64,000 nt of DNA from the NCBI GenBank assembly GCA_041613315.1, contig JBFJHJ010000003.1:32001-96000 (forward strand). The letters run 5' to 3'. Below, piece by piece: positions 20,701 to 30,623 of the stretch; the stretch's first letter is position 1, and each line of letters starts with the position of its first letter. Below the pieces are notes generated by a model that searched no databases, had not been told where the DNA came from, and saw nothing but the letters and a program-made list of their open reading frames with translations. This DNA is from Gemmatimonadales bacterium. GTDB taxonomy: Bacteria; Gemmatimonadota; Gemmatimonadetes; Gemmatimonadales; GWC2-71-9. The position numbers and the translations under genes were made by a program.

Positions 20701-21546
20701 TCAGCAGATCTGTGCCCGGAAGAGCTCGAACAATCGGCGCGTCACCGGGCCCGGGCAACCGGCGCCGACGGGTGCCCCGTCGAGCGTGACGATCGGCATG
20801 ACCTCGACCGTGGTCCCGGCCAGGAAGAGCTCATCGGCCCCGCGTAGCTCGTGGAGCAGAATGGGTTGCTCGAGCGCGGGAATCCCGTTGGCGCGGCAGA
20901 GGTCGAGCACCACGCCTCGCGTGATGCTGGGCAAGATGTAATTCGACTTGGGGGCCGTCCGGACCGTTCCGTCGAACACGCCGAAGAAGCTGGTGGCCGT
21001 GCCTTCGAGCGCCACGCCGTCGCGCACGAGGATCGCCTCGGTGGCTCCAGCGTCGACCGCCTGCTGGTGTGCCAGAACATTCGGGAGCAGCGCCACCGAC
21101 TTGATGTCGCATCGTGTCCAGCGCAGGTCCGGCGCCGTGATGACGGCGACGCCCTGCGCCGCGTCGCCACGCGGCCGAAGCGGCAGGGGGGTGGCGTACA
21201 CCGTCGGGGGCACCGGGGGGTCGGGGAAGGCGTGACGCCGCGGGGCGGCACCACGGGTGACTTGAAGGTAGACCATTGCGTCGCCTGCGAGCGCGTTCCG
21301 GCGCAGGAGCTCCGGGCACACGTCGCTCAGCGCCGCCGTCGTGACGCCGTCGATCCGAAGCGCCCGCAGCCCGTCCGCGAGGCGGGCCAGATGCGCCTCC
21401 AGGCCGAACAGGCGTCCCCCGTAGCTGCGCACGACCTCGTACGCGCCGTCGGCGAACAGGAAGCCGCGGTCGTCCGGCGAGATCCGAACGTCGGCCTTGG
21501 GGAGGAAGATCCCGTTGAAGTACACGGTGTCGGCGTGGGCGGTCAC
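20701..21546 (-). CDS. dat: D-amino acid aminotransferase (class IV PLP enzyme)
   Basis: DRGFLFADGAYE, YLQVTRG, RCDIKS, ILPSITR, DELFLAGT. GTG start overlaps the upstream stop. Confidence 0.85.
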   Translation of the reverse strand: MTAHADTVYFNGIFLPKADVRISPDDRGFLFADGAYEVVRSYGGRLFGLEAHLARLADGLRALRIDGVTTAALSDVCPELLRRNALAGDAMVYLQVTRGAAPRRHAFPDPPVPPTVYATPLPLRPRGDAAQGVAVITAPDLRWTRCDIKSVALLPNVLAHQQAVDAGATEAILVRDGVALEGTATSFFGVFDGTVRTAPKSNYILPSITRGVVLDLCRANGIPALEQPILLHELRGADELFLAGTTVEVMPIVTLDGAPVGAGCPGPVTRRLFELFRAQIC

Positions 21547-22214
21547 ATCCAGTTCCGTCGGCCCTGCGTGAAGGGGGTGCGGTGCGGATCGTGCGTCCGA
21601 ACGAACTCCCGGTACCGGTCGCGCAGTCGAATATAACGCGCCTGATCGGTCCGGAGCGGGCGATGGGGCAGGGCGATCAGGTGCCGCTCCACCTTCCAGA
21701 CGTTGCGCGGCGAGAAGCGCCAGTCGTAGGGGTCCAGCTCCCGGAGATCCGCCAGGGCAAACGCGACGATCCGCCCCGTGCGGTCGACGTACGGGTCGTA
21801 ATAGCTCCGCGCCAGCGCTTCCACCGAGCGAAACACGGGCCGCCGCCCCCACAACCCCTCATCCCGCGACCCCCCGACCGCTCCCCACCCCCCGCGGCGC
21901 CGAAACGCGAACACCACGTGATCAAGGAGATCGCGGGACTCGAGATCGAGGAGGAGCGGCGGGTAACCGTGGAATTCGAGGATCGTGGCGGCAGCCAGTG
22001 CCGCCTCGAGGCAATGGGCGCTCCGGTGCCGGACGACGCCCCGAAACGAGCGCAGCGTCGGGCGCGGGCGCTCCCAGTTGTAGCGCAGCGAGCGAATCCA
22101 CCGCTGGACGGCTTCGGGCGTCCCGTTGGCGCGGATGACGCGACGCTCCCTCGCCATGAGCGCCGGTCGGGCGCGGCGCCCGCGGGGCCGCGCCGGCTCA
22201 ACGCGAGCCGGCAA
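21543..22214 (-). CDS. Conserved hypothetical protein, possibly transglutaminase-like
   Basis: AHCLEAA...DHVV pattern; alternative ATG at 22157. Confidence 0.55.
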   Translation of the reverse strand: MPARVEPARPRGRRARPALMARERRVIRANGTPEAVQRWIRSLRYNWERPRPTLRSFRGVVRHRSAHCLEAALAAATILEFHGYPPLLLDLESRDLLDHVVFAFRRRGGWGAVGGSRDEGLWGRRPVFRSVEALARSYYDPYVDRTGRIVAFALADLRELDPYDWRFSPRNVWKVERHLIALPHRPLRTDQARYIRLRDRYREFVRTHDPHRTPFTQGRRNWM

Positions 22215-22578
22215 CCACTCCCCACACGAACGCCGCCCACCCTCCGAGGAAGCACAGACCGCCGATCGGCGTCACGGCGCCGAGCCAGCGGGCGCCCGTG
22301 AGCGCCAACAGGTAGAGGCTTCCCGAGAAGACGAGGGTCCCCGCCGCGAAGAGCCAGCCCGCCCACAGGAGCGCGGGCGCACCCCACCGGGCGGTGGCGA
22401 ACGCCACGGCCAACAACCCCAGCGCGTGGTACATCTGATATCGCACGCCGGTTTCGAAGACCACGAGCAGGTCGGGGTCGAGCCGCGCCCGAAGCGCGTG
22501 CGCACCGAACGCGCCGGCCCCTACCGCCACGAAGGCCGAGGCGGCCCCGAGCACGGCGAAGAGGCGATCCGGACTCAC
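22198..22578 (-). CDS. DUF423 (YgdD/TMEM256) membrane protein
   Basis: GAFGAHAL, ETGVRYQMYHAL, FSGSLYLL, GAVTPIGG. Confidence 0.88.
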   Translation of the reverse strand: MSPDRLFAVLGAASAFVAVGAGAFGAHALRARLDPDLLVVFETGVRYQMYHALGLLAVAFATARWGAPALLWAGWLFAAGTLVFSGSLYLLALTGARWLGAVTPIGGLCFLGGWAAFVWGVVAGSR

Positions 22579-22802
22579 GCGACGTCGTCGCCCAGCACGC
22601 CGGCGTCCCGCAGCACCTCCCGAGCCCTGCTCACCTGGTCGGGATGCACCAGCAGATCGGCCCCCGGAGGGATGGGGCCGAGGAGCATCCCCTCGGACGA
22701 TCGGATCACAAATGGAATGCCGTGGTTCGTCAGGTGCTGCGCCGCGAGCTCCGCATCGAGGTGCCGGCGAAAATTGGCGATGACCACCGGTTGTCCCGCC
22801 AT
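22575..22802 (-). CDS. DUF2007-like putative signal-transducing protein
   Basis: AELAAQHLTNHGIP...LLVHPDQVSRAREVL. Confidence 0.65.
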   Translation of the reverse strand: MAGQPVVIANFRRHLDAELAAQHLTNHGIPFVIRSSEGMLLGPIPPGADLLVHPDQVSRAREVLRDAGVLGDDVA

Positions 22803-22820
22803 CAGATCTCCGCGGCCGTG

Positions 22821-24305
22821 TCAGCCAGCCCAGATCCACACCACGATCGTAATAATAGCCACCGCGGCGACGTTGAGTCCGATCCCGGCCCGCGCCATCT
22901 GGCCCGGGGTAATGGCGCCGCTGCCGAACACGATGGCGTTGGGCGGCGTGGCCACCGGGAGCATGAATGCCATCGAGGCGGCGAGGGCGGCGGCCGCCAT
23001 GAGCGGCAGCGGTGCCAGGCCCAGGCCTTGGGCCACCCCCACCACTAGCGGCATCCCGAGCGCCGTCGTGGCCGCGTTGCTGGTGAGCTCGGTGAGGGCC
23101 ACGAACAGCGCGGTCGTCGCCAGCACCACCACGATGAACGGCGTGCCCTGCAGAGCCGCGAGCCGCTCGCCAAGCCACGCCGTGAGCCCACTCGACTCGA
23201 ACACCGCCGCGAGGGACAGACCGCCGCCGAACAGGAGCAGGATGCCCCAGGGGACCTTGCGTGCCGACTCCCAGTCGAGGGCCACGCGGTGCCGGGCACC
23301 GGAGAGGGGAACCACGAACAACACCAGTGCGGCGGCGATCGCGATGGCCGGGTCGGAGATACCGGGTAAGAGATCACTGAGGCCCGGGACGCGCAGGCTG
23401 CCGATCTCCCTGGGCGCGCGGAAGATCCACGCGAACGCCGTCAGGCCGAAGACCGCCAGCACGAATCGCTCGGCGCCCGCCAGCCGTCCCAGGCGTCCCT
23501 CCTCCCGCGCGATCACCGTGGCGAGCCCGGGAACCGCGCCTCGGACGCGATACAACCGCACGAGCCACAGCCAGCAGATGGCGAGCATCGGGAAGCTCAC
23601 CGAGGCGCCGATGCCGATCCATCCGGCGAAGCTGACCTCGACGCCGGCGAGTTCGCGCGCCGCCGCTGCGAAGATGGCGTTGGGCGGCGTGCCGATGAGG
23701 GTCGTGACGCCGCCGATGGACGCGCCGTAGGCGATACCGAGCATCAGCGCGGTGGAAAAGCCCGTGCCCGCGGCGCGTGGCTCACCAGGAGCGCCGGACG
23801 CGCGATCCGGTCCCTCGGACGGCCCGCCCGATCGCCCGACCGCCTGTCCGCCCATCACGGCTGCGGCGATGGGCAACATCATGATCGCCGTGGCCGTGTT
23901 CGAGATCCACATGCTGGCGAACGCGGTGGCGAGCATGAACGCCAAGACGACCCTGGGCGCGTCCGTCCCGACGGCGCGGACGGCCGCCAGCGCGAATCGC
24001 TTGTGCAGATTCCACCGCTCGAGCGTGGCCGCGAGGAAGAACCCTCCGAGAAACAGGAAGATGATGGGGTCGGCGTACGGCGCGGCGACCTGATCGATGT
24101 TGGCGACCCCGACGAGCGGCAGCAGCACGATGGGGAGGAGCGCCGTCGCTTCGAGCGGCACGACGGCAGAGAGCCACCAGACCGCCATCCAGCCCGCGAC
24201 GCCCGCGACGCGCCACGCCGGCTCGACCATCGTGCCGGGCGGCGGCAGCAGGAGCGTGGCCGCCAGGATGGCGGGTCCGGCCGCGAGGGCCACGCGGCGC
24301 GTCAT
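22821..24305 (-). CDS. SLC13/DASS family sodium-coupled anion (dicarboxylate) transporter
   Basis: SMWISNTAT, IGTPPN, TELTSN, AFMLPVATPPNA. Confidence 0.9.
   Translation of the reverse strand: MTRRVALAAGPAILAATLLLPPPGTMVEPAWRVAGVAGWMAVWWLSAVVPLEATALLPIVLLPLVGVANIDQVAAPYADPIIFLFLGGFFLAATLERWNLHKRFALAAVRAVGTDAPRVVLAFMLATAFASMWISNTATAIMMLPIAAAVMGGQAVGRSGGPSEGPDRASGAPGEPRAAGTGFSTALMLGIAYGASIGGVTTLIGTPPNAIFAAAARELAGVEVSFAGWIGIGASVSFPMLAICWLWLVRLYRVRGAVPGLATVIAREEGRLGRLAGAERFVLAVFGLTAFAWIFRAPREIGSLRVPGLSDLLPGISDPAIAIAAALVLFVVPLSGARHRVALDWESARKVPWGILLLFGGGLSLAAVFESSGLTAWLGERLAALQGTPFIVVVLATTALFVALTELTSNAATTALGMPLVVGVAQGLGLAPLPLMAAAALAASMAFMLPVATPPNAIVFGSGAITPGQMARAGIGLNVAAVAIITIVVWIWAG
23821..23852 (-). 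repeat. Four degenerate octamer repeats inside the DASS gene
   Basis: Minus strand reads GGCGGACA GGCGGTCG GGCGATCG GGCGGGCC. Confidence 0.65.
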
Positions 24306-25168
24306 CGTTGCGGAATGAGCTCGAGGGGCGTGTGCCGGGTGATGCGCGCTTTCAACTCGTCGGGCAGGGGCAACGCAAGGAACTGATCGAGGTTGCCTCG
24401 GAGGTCCCGCACCCCCGGGCTGGGCCAATCCGTGCCCCACACGACGCGCTCACCGATCTCCTCCAGACGCGGGAAGTACTCCAAGAGCTTGGCGGGAGGG
24501 ATCCCCGAGAGCTCGAGGTAGACGTTGCGATGGCGCCGCAGCACGAAGAACGCCTCGTCCATCCATAACGGCCGGCCGCCGTGCGCCATGATGATCGTGA
24601 GCGCAGGGAAGTCGATCGCGACGTCGTCCAGCTCCATCGGCCGGCCGTACTTGCAGCGCGCCCCGGGGAAGATGCTCGTGCCGGTATGGATCGTGACCGG
24701 CATCCCCCGCTCCTCGCAGCGGCGATAGATCCGGCCCAGCGCGTCGAGCCCCATCGTGTACGCATTCGCGGGATAGAGCTGGTGCGGCGGGTGGATCTTC
24801 AGGATACGCGTCCCCATCGCGAGCAGCTCCTCCACCTCGGCTTCGGGGTCCGTGGTGAAGCGGGGATGCACGCCGCCGTAGGGAATGAGCCGTTCAGGCG
24901 CCGCGCTCGCATACTCCGCGGCGAACCGGTTCGTCTCCATGGTGAAGCCCATGAGGTCCGGGCTGGGGTAATTCACCAGCCCGACGCGCCAGATTCCGGC
25001 GGCGTCCAGCGTGTCGAGGAGCGCCCGGGGGTCGTCCATGATCGCCATGAGCCGCTGCCAATGGTCCTCGTGGTCGCGACGCATCACGGCCGCCACGGCC
25101 GGCTTGAGCTGCCGCCAGGGCTGAATATGGACGTGGAGATCCGTGACGCCCGGCATCGGGGGCGTCAT
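24302..25168 (-). CDS. Amidohydrolase_2 family metal-dependent hydrolase
   Basis: DLHVH, KIHP, IHTG, AHGG, WGTDWP. Confidence 0.85.
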   Translation of the reverse strand: MTPPMPGVTDLHVHIQPWRQLKPAVAAVMRRDHEDHWQRLMAIMDDPRALLDTLDAAGIWRVGLVNYPSPDLMGFTMETNRFAAEYASAAPERLIPYGGVHPRFTTDPEAEVEELLAMGTRILKIHPPHQLYPANAYTMGLDALGRIYRRCEERGMPVTIHTGTSIFPGARCKYGRPMELDDVAIDFPALTIIMAHGGRPLWMDEAFFVLRRHRNVYLELSGIPPAKLLEYFPRLEEIGERVVWGTDWPSPGVRDLRGNLDQFLALPLPDELKARITRHTPLELIPQR

Positions 25169-25187
25169 GGGTATGCGGCGAAACGGC

Positions 25188-25970
25188 TCATCGGCCCTGG
25201 AAGTCGGCGGCGCGTTTCTCGAGGAAGGCCCGCACCCCTTCGACCTTGTCCTCCGACGAGAACGCGATCCCGAAGAGCGTCTGCTCGAGGCGCACGCCTT
25301 CGTCGAGCGGCATGCGGACGCTTGCTCGCACGGCCTCTTTGATGAGCTGGAGGGCCACCGGGCTCTTCTGCGCAATCGTGCCGGCCAGCGCGCGGGCCCG
25401 CTCCATCAGCTGCTCAGGGGGTAGGACCTCGTCCACCAGCCCCACGCGGAGCGCTTCCGCGGCGGAGATCATCTCGCCGCTGTACAGCAGCTTGAACGCG
25501 TTTCCCAGCCCGACGAGACGGGGCAGCCGCTGCGTCCCGCCACCACCGGGCAGGATCCCGAGGTTGATCTCCGGCTGGCCGAGCTTGGCTTTCTCGGACG
25601 CGATGCGGATGTCGCACGCCATGGCTAGCTCGCAGCCGCCGCCCAAGCAGAAGCCGTTGATCGCCGCGATGATCGGCTTTGGGAATTGGTCGGCCGCGTC
25701 GAACAGGCCGAACGTCTTCATGACGCGGAACTGCTCCATAGGACTGCGGCCCTCGAACTCCGCGATGTCCGCACCAGCGATGAACGCCTTCTCGCCCGCC
25801 CCCGTGACGATCACCACGCGGACCTCGGCGTTCTGTTTGAGCTCGTTCAAGGCGCCCACGAACTGGCAGCGCACCGGCCCATTCAAGGCGTTCAGCTTCG
25901 CGGGGCGATTGATCGTGACGGTTGCGACGCGCCCCGCAATATCGGTCAGGACGACTTGGTCTTCGGCCAT
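25188..25970 (-). CDS. Enoyl-CoA hydratase (PaaF/crotonase type)
   Basis: NRPAKLNAL, FIAGADI, GGGCELAMACD, GQPEINLG. Confidence 0.9.
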   Translation of the reverse strand: MAEDQVVLTDIAGRVATVTINRPAKLNALNGPVRCQFVGALNELKQNAEVRVVIVTGAGEKAFIAGADIAEFEGRSPMEQFRVMKTFGLFDAADQFPKPIIAAINGFCLGGGCELAMACDIRIASEKAKLGQPEINLGILPGGGGTQRLPRLVGLGNAFKLLYSGEMISAAEALRVGLVDEVLPPEQLMERARALAGTIAQKSPVALQLIKEAVRASVRMPLDEGVRLEQTLFGIAFSSEDKVEGVRAFLEKRAADFQGR

Positions 25971-26830
25971 TGATAGAATCCCTTCCCGGTTTTTTGCCCG
26001 AGCTCGCCTGCCGACACCTTGCGGCGCAGGATGCCCGGCGGCGCGTAGTGAGGCTCTCCCAACTCGCGATACAAGTATTCCGCGATCGCCAGGCGGACGT
26101 CCAGCCCGACGAGGTCGCTCACGCGGAGGGGGCCCATCGGATGCCCGTATCCCAGCTCCAGGGCTGTGTCGATGTCGTCCGGCGACGCCACGCCCTGCTC
26201 GACCATGCGCATCGCCTCGAGGCCCAACACGACGCCCAGCCGAGACGAAGCGAAGCCGGGCGTGTCCTGGACGGTGATGGGGTGCTTCCCCATCGCGACC
26301 GCGGCGTCGCGTGCGCGCCGCACCACCGCCGAGTCGGTGCCTTCGGGCACCACGAGCTCGACGAGCTTCATGATGTGCACGGGATTGAAGAAGTGCATCC
26401 CCAGGACGCGCGCGGGGTGGCGGGTCGCACCGGCGATCCTGGTGACCGAGAGCGACGAGGTGTTAGTGGCCAGGATCGTGTCGGCTCCCACGAGGCGGTC
26501 CAGCCGAGCGAAGAGGTCGCGCTTGACCGCCTCGTCCTCAACCACGGCCTCGATGACCAGGTCGGCGTCGCGCACGGCGGCCTCGAGCGTGTCGGCGAGA
26601 CGGATGCGCCGCAGCGCCTGGTCGGCCGCCTCCTGCGTGAGCTTCCCGCGCTCGACGCCGCCGTGGAGGTTAGCCTGAATCCGCTCCAGCGCCGGCGCCA
26701 GCGCCTCGGGGCGGGCGTCGGTGAGAGCCGTCTCGTTGCCGGCCAGCGCCGCGATCTGAGCGATGCCGTGCCCCATGGTGCCGGCTCCCACCACGCCGAC
26801 TCGGGGGCCGCTCCGCTCGGCGACCGTCAT
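25946..26830 (-). CDS. 3-hydroxyacyl-CoA dehydrogenase (PaaH/Hbd type)
   Basis: GAGTMGHGIA, IEAVVE, ATNTSSL, GMHFFNP, HPMGP. Confidence 0.92.
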   Translation of the reverse strand: MTVAERSGPRVGVVGAGTMGHGIAQIAALAGNETALTDARPEALAPALERIQANLHGGVERGKLTQEAADQALRRIRLADTLEAAVRDADLVIEAVVEDEAVKRDLFARLDRLVGADTILATNTSSLSVTRIAGATRHPARVLGMHFFNPVHIMKLVELVVPEGTDSAVVRRARDAAVAMGKHPITVQDTPGFASSRLGVVLGLEAMRMVEQGVASPDDIDTALELGYGHPMGPLRVSDLVGLDVRLAIAEYLYRELGEPHYAPPGILRRKVSAGELGQKTGKGFYQWPKTKSS

Positions 26831-27498
26831 CGCAGCGCCTTGCGGACCACGTCCGGACGGTTGGTGCAGATGCCGTCCGCCCCGAGGGCGCTGAGCTCGC
26901 GCATCCGGTCGGGGTCGTCCACGGTCCACGCGTACACCTTGAGGTCGTGCGCGTGCGCGCCCTCCACCAGGGCGCGATCGACGAACCGATCCTCCTGCCA
27001 CAGCTCCGCCGCGCCGACGTCCGCGAGGGGCGCGAACGGCCGCACGGGGTACGAGCACGACAACACCCCGCACCGGAGTGTCGGCCGTGCGGCCTTGACG
27101 CGCGCGACGATGCGATGGTCGAAGGCATGGACATGGACCCGGGACGGGGCGGGGGCGCCGTCGATGATCTCGAACAGCCGGGAATCGAACGCGGGTGGGA
27201 GGCCCTTCACCTCGACGAACACCAGGAGGTCCCGCCCGACGGCATCGAGCGCCTCCCGCAGCGTGGGCACGGGCTCACCATTTGCCAATCGCCGGGACCG
27301 CACGGTGTCGTACGAGGCCGCGGCGATGTCGAGGTCGCCCACCCGCGGATCGTGATGGACCATGGGAACGCCATCGGCGGTCGTGTGGATGTCCAACTCG
27401 ACGCCGTCCGCGTGCATGGCGCGCGCCGCCCGGAAAGCGGCCAGCGTGTTTTCGAGCTCGTACGCCGACGCCCCCCGGTGCGCGATGACGAGGGTCAA
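26827..27498 (-). CDS. Glycerophosphodiester phosphodiesterase family protein
   Basis: IAHRGAS, ENTL.AF, VELDI, HD, VEVK, AWTVD. Confidence 0.88.
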   Translation of the reverse strand: MTLVIAHRGASAYELENTLAAFRAARAMHADGVELDIHTTADGVPMVHHDPRVGDLDIAAASYDTVRSRRLANGEPVPTLREALDAVGRDLLVFVEVKGLPPAFDSRLFEIIDGAPAPSRVHVHAFDHRIVARVKAARPTLRCGVLSCSYPVRPFAPLADVGAAELWQEDRFVDRALVEGAHAHDLKVYAWTVDDPDRMRELSALGADGICTNRPDVVRKALR

Positions 27499-28607
27499 TT
27501 ACTCGTCGGCTCGCGGAGCTCGATCCAGTCCGGCTCCTTCGTCACGTCGTGCAGCAACGCGAAGTCAGCCGCGGTCGGCGTCACCGACTTCACGTACTCC
27601 GCGTACCGCTCGGCGCTCAGCTCGTTGCCGTCCACGTCATAATGCTGGTGCGCCCACTGGCCGATCCGCCGATTGAACTTGAGGTCTGGCAGCCGCAGCC
27701 AGCGCTCGCGCTCGGGAATGTACTTGTTCAGGCGGTCGACCAGACGCTGGCATTCCTGGCGGTACATCTCGCGCGCGAGTTCGTTGAGCCGGCCTTTGTC
27801 GGCGTCGTGGGGGTTCTCCCGTTCGTCGAAACGGCCCTTGAGTCCCCACACGTACGCCCAGTGGGCCGACGACGACCCGTCCGTCCCGAACAGGTCGAAC
27901 GCCGTCGGCACCCACTTGTTGAAGAACCGCTGCATCACCTCCGGCGGCACGCGTCCCGCCTTGATGATGCGGAGCAGCCCATTGTTGCCCGTGCCCAGGT
28001 GATAGCTCTCCTCCTTGAGCATCGGTCCCATGGACCGCGCGAGCGGAGCGAACGCCGAGGTCGAGAGCATCTTCAGTTGGAACTTGCCGTCCCGGTCAAT
28101 GAACTGGGTGTAGGTGAAGAAGTCGAGCCAGTTGTCGACGATCTCGTTGAAGCTGCCCAGCAACCGTTCGCCCTCCTCGGCCCGCCGCTCCAAGAGCTTC
28201 TGCGCCTCCCGACGGCCCTCATCCCCGAAATGCTCGCACAGGAGGAAGGACATCTGCCACCCGTGGCGCATCTCCTCACACATGACGCGCATGATCGACT
28301 GCATGTCGTACGCGCTGGGCGGGCTCTGCAGGAGATTCCGTTGCTGCTCAACCGAGGCGAACTCCGTATCGCCCTGGTAGATGATCAGGTTCTGGAGGGC
28401 GTCCCGGATGCGTTGGTCGGGGATATGCATGATCGTCGGCCACTTACGCTGACCCTTGTAGTGACCGAACTCGATCGTCTCCGCCTCCGGCTCGCCGAAC
28501 TTGACGTCGAACCCAAACTGGCGGACCTCGGACCGATCCAGGCCGATCGAGTCCTGCCAGTGGTGGAAATAGTCGATCCAGTCGTCCCAGTTGGCGATCT
28601 TCCGCAT
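27495..28607 (-). CDS. boxB: BoxB-like aromatic-CoA epoxidase, diiron subunit (short form)
   Basis: QGDTEFASVEQQ, EEMRHGWQM, FIDRDGKFQL, EESYH diiron motifs; DLFG..SS. Confidence 0.78.
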   Translation of the reverse strand: MRKIANWDDWIDYFHHWQDSIGLDRSEVRQFGFDVKFGEPEAETIEFGHYKGQRKWPTIMHIPDQRIRDALQNLIIYQGDTEFASVEQQRNLLQSPPSAYDMQSIMRVMCEEMRHGWQMSFLLCEHFGDEGRREAQKLLERRAEEGERLLGSFNEIVDNWLDFFTYTQFIDRDGKFQLKMLSTSAFAPLARSMGPMLKEESYHLGTGNNGLLRIIKAGRVPPEVMQRFFNKWVPTAFDLFGTDGSSSAHWAYVWGLKGRFDERENPHDADKGRLNELAREMYRQECQRLVDRLNKYIPERERWLRLPDLKFNRRIGQWAHQHYDVDGNELSAERYAEYVKSVTPTAADFALLHDVTKEPDWIELREPTSN

Positions 28608-28619
28608 CTCGACCCCCGT

Positions 28620-29414
28620 TTACCGTCCGCTGAAGGATGGTGCACGCTTTTCCAGGAACGCGGCGAGACCCTCCTGCGCGTCCGCACTGGCGAAGCACAG
28701 AAGCTGGTGCTCCAGCTCGACATCCAGCATCTGTGCCAGATTCCGCGCGTCACTCACGTAGATGGCGCGTTTCGCCGCCGCAAGTGCCAGCGGCGGCTTG
28801 GCCGCGAGCGCACCGGCGAGTTTCGCCGTTTCTTCCGCGAGTCGCTCGTGCGGCACGACGCGGTTGAAGAGGCCCAGCCGCAGGGCCTCGGCGGCGTCGA
28901 TCATCTCCCCGCTGAAGACGAGCTCCAGCGCTTTGGCCGGCCCCACGAGCCGGGGCAGGAAGTACATCCCCCCCCAGTCCGGATGCAGCCCGATCCGGTT
29001 GAAGGTCTGGCCGATGGACGCCCGGTCGGACGCGATGCGGAGATCGCACGCCAACGCGAGGTTGGCCCCGCCGCCGGCCGCGGGCCCGTTGACGGCGGCG
29101 ATCACGGGCTTTGGCGTGTCGCGGATCGCCGTGACCACGGTGCGGCCCACCTCCACCAGGGCGCGGAACCCCTCGACGTCACCCGCCGCGAGCAATTCCT
29201 TCATGTAACCGATGTCGGCGCCGGCGCAGAACGCGCGCCCCGCACCGGTGATCACCAGCACGCGCACCCGCCCGTCCCCCGCCATGACGCGGACGGCGTC
29301 GGCGATCGCTTCCCGCATCGTGCCCGCAAACGCGTTGAGCTTCTCGGGCCGGTTGAGCGTGACGGTGCCGACACCCGCCTCGACCGCGAGCTGCACGTAG
29401 GCCGGCGGGGTCAC
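28620..29414 (-). CDS. Enoyl-CoA hydratase/isomerase (PaaG-like)
   Basis: LNRPEKLNAF, FCAGADI, AAGGGANLALACD, IGLHPDWGG. Confidence 0.85.
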   Translation of the reverse strand: MTPPAYVQLAVEAGVGTVTLNRPEKLNAFAGTMREAIADAVRVMAGDGRVRVLVITGAGRAFCAGADIGYMKELLAAGDVEGFRALVEVGRTVVTAIRDTPKPVIAAVNGPAAGGGANLALACDLRIASDRASIGQTFNRIGLHPDWGGMYFLPRLVGPAKALELVFSGEMIDAAEALRLGLFNRVVPHERLAEETAKLAGALAAKPPLALAAAKRAIYVSDARNLAQMLDVELEHQLLCFASADAQEGLAAFLEKRAPSFSGR

Positions 29415-30607
29415 GTGCGCTCCACCAGCATGGCGATGCCTTGCCCGACGCCGATGCACATCGTGACGAGCCCGTAGCGTCCGCCGGTGCGCCGCAGCGC
29501 GTGGACCATCGTGGTCAGGAGCTTGGCGCCGGTGCACCCTAACGGGTGCCCCAGCGCGATGCCGCCGCCGTAGACGTTGACCCGCTCCGGGTCGAGGTCG
29601 AGCTCGCGCGTGCACGCGATCGCTTGCGCCGCGAATGCCTCGTTCAACTCGACCAGGTCCAGGTCGTTGACACTGAGCCCCGCGCGGTCCAGGACCTTTC
29701 GGGTCGCGGGGATGGGGCCGAGCCCCATGCAGGACGGGTCCACCCCGGCGACGGCCGTTGCCACGACGCGCGCCAGCGGCTGCAGGCCGCCCATGCCGCG
29801 TGGCGTGGCGCCCACCACGAGTAGCGCCGCGGCGCCGTCGTTGAGGCCGCTCGAGTTGCCGGCCGTGACGGAACCCGTCGCCACGAAGGCGGGCTTGAGC
29901 TTGCTGAGCTTGAGCGGCGTGACGTCCGGACGCGGGTGCTCGTCCACGCACACCTGGACCTCGCGGCCGTCCGGCAGACGCACGGAGACCGGGGCGATCT
30001 CGTTCTGGAAGATCTCCTGGTCCATGGCGACCTTCGCGCGCTGCTGGCTCGTGTAGGCGAAGGCGTCCTGGTCCTCGCGGGTGATCCCGTAGCGCTTCGC
30101 GACGATCTCCGCGGTCGCTCCCAGCGAGACGGTCCACTCCTTGCGCATTCTCGGGTTCACGAACCGCCACCCTACGGTGGTGTCCGCCACGTCGGGGGGC
30201 CGCCGATCCCACGGGGCGCCCCGCTTCAGCATCACGTACGGCGCGCGGGTCATGCTCTCCACGCCGCCCGCCACGAACGCGTCACCCTCGGTGGCCTTGA
30301 TGGCCTGCGCGGCGCTGGCGACGGCCTGGAGACCGGAGCCGCACAGGCGATTCACGGTCTGCCCCGGCACCTCGATCGGAAAGCCCGCGAGGAGGGCGGC
30401 CATCCGCGCGATGTTCCTGTTGTCCTCGCCGGCCTGATTCGCGCACCCGAGGATTACGTCGTCGAGCCCGGCCGGATCGAACCCCACCCGTTCGACCACC
30501 GCCCGCACCGCCGCGGCCGCCAGGTCGTCGGGTCGCACCTCGGCGAGGGCGCCACCGTGGCGGCCCACCGGCGTGCGCACCGCCGAGCAGATGAACGCGT
30601 CCCTCAC
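29411..30607 (-). CDS. pcaF: Thiolase (3-oxoadipyl-CoA thiolase, PcaF/PaaJ type)
   Basis: GCANQAGEDNRN, NRLCGSG, NEAFA, GHPLG, MCIGVGQG. Confidence 0.85.
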   Translation of the reverse strand: MRDAFICSAVRTPVGRHGGALAEVRPDDLAAAAVRAVVERVGFDPAGLDDVILGCANQAGEDNRNIARMAALLAGFPIEVPGQTVNRLCGSGLQAVASAAQAIKATEGDAFVAGGVESMTRAPYVMLKRGAPWDRRPPDVADTTVGWRFVNPRMRKEWTVSLGATAEIVAKRYGITREDQDAFAYTSQQRAKVAMDQEIFQNEIAPVSVRLPDGREVQVCVDEHPRPDVTPLKLSKLKPAFVATGSVTAGNSSGLNDGAAALLVVGATPRGMGGLQPLARVVATAVAGVDPSCMGLGPIPATRKVLDRAGLSVNDLDLVELNEAFAAQAIACTRELDLDPERVNVYGGGIALGHPLGCTGAKLLTTMVHALRRTGGRYGLVTMCIGVGQGIAMLVERT

Positions 30608-30623
30608 GGCCCGCCCGCGTCCG

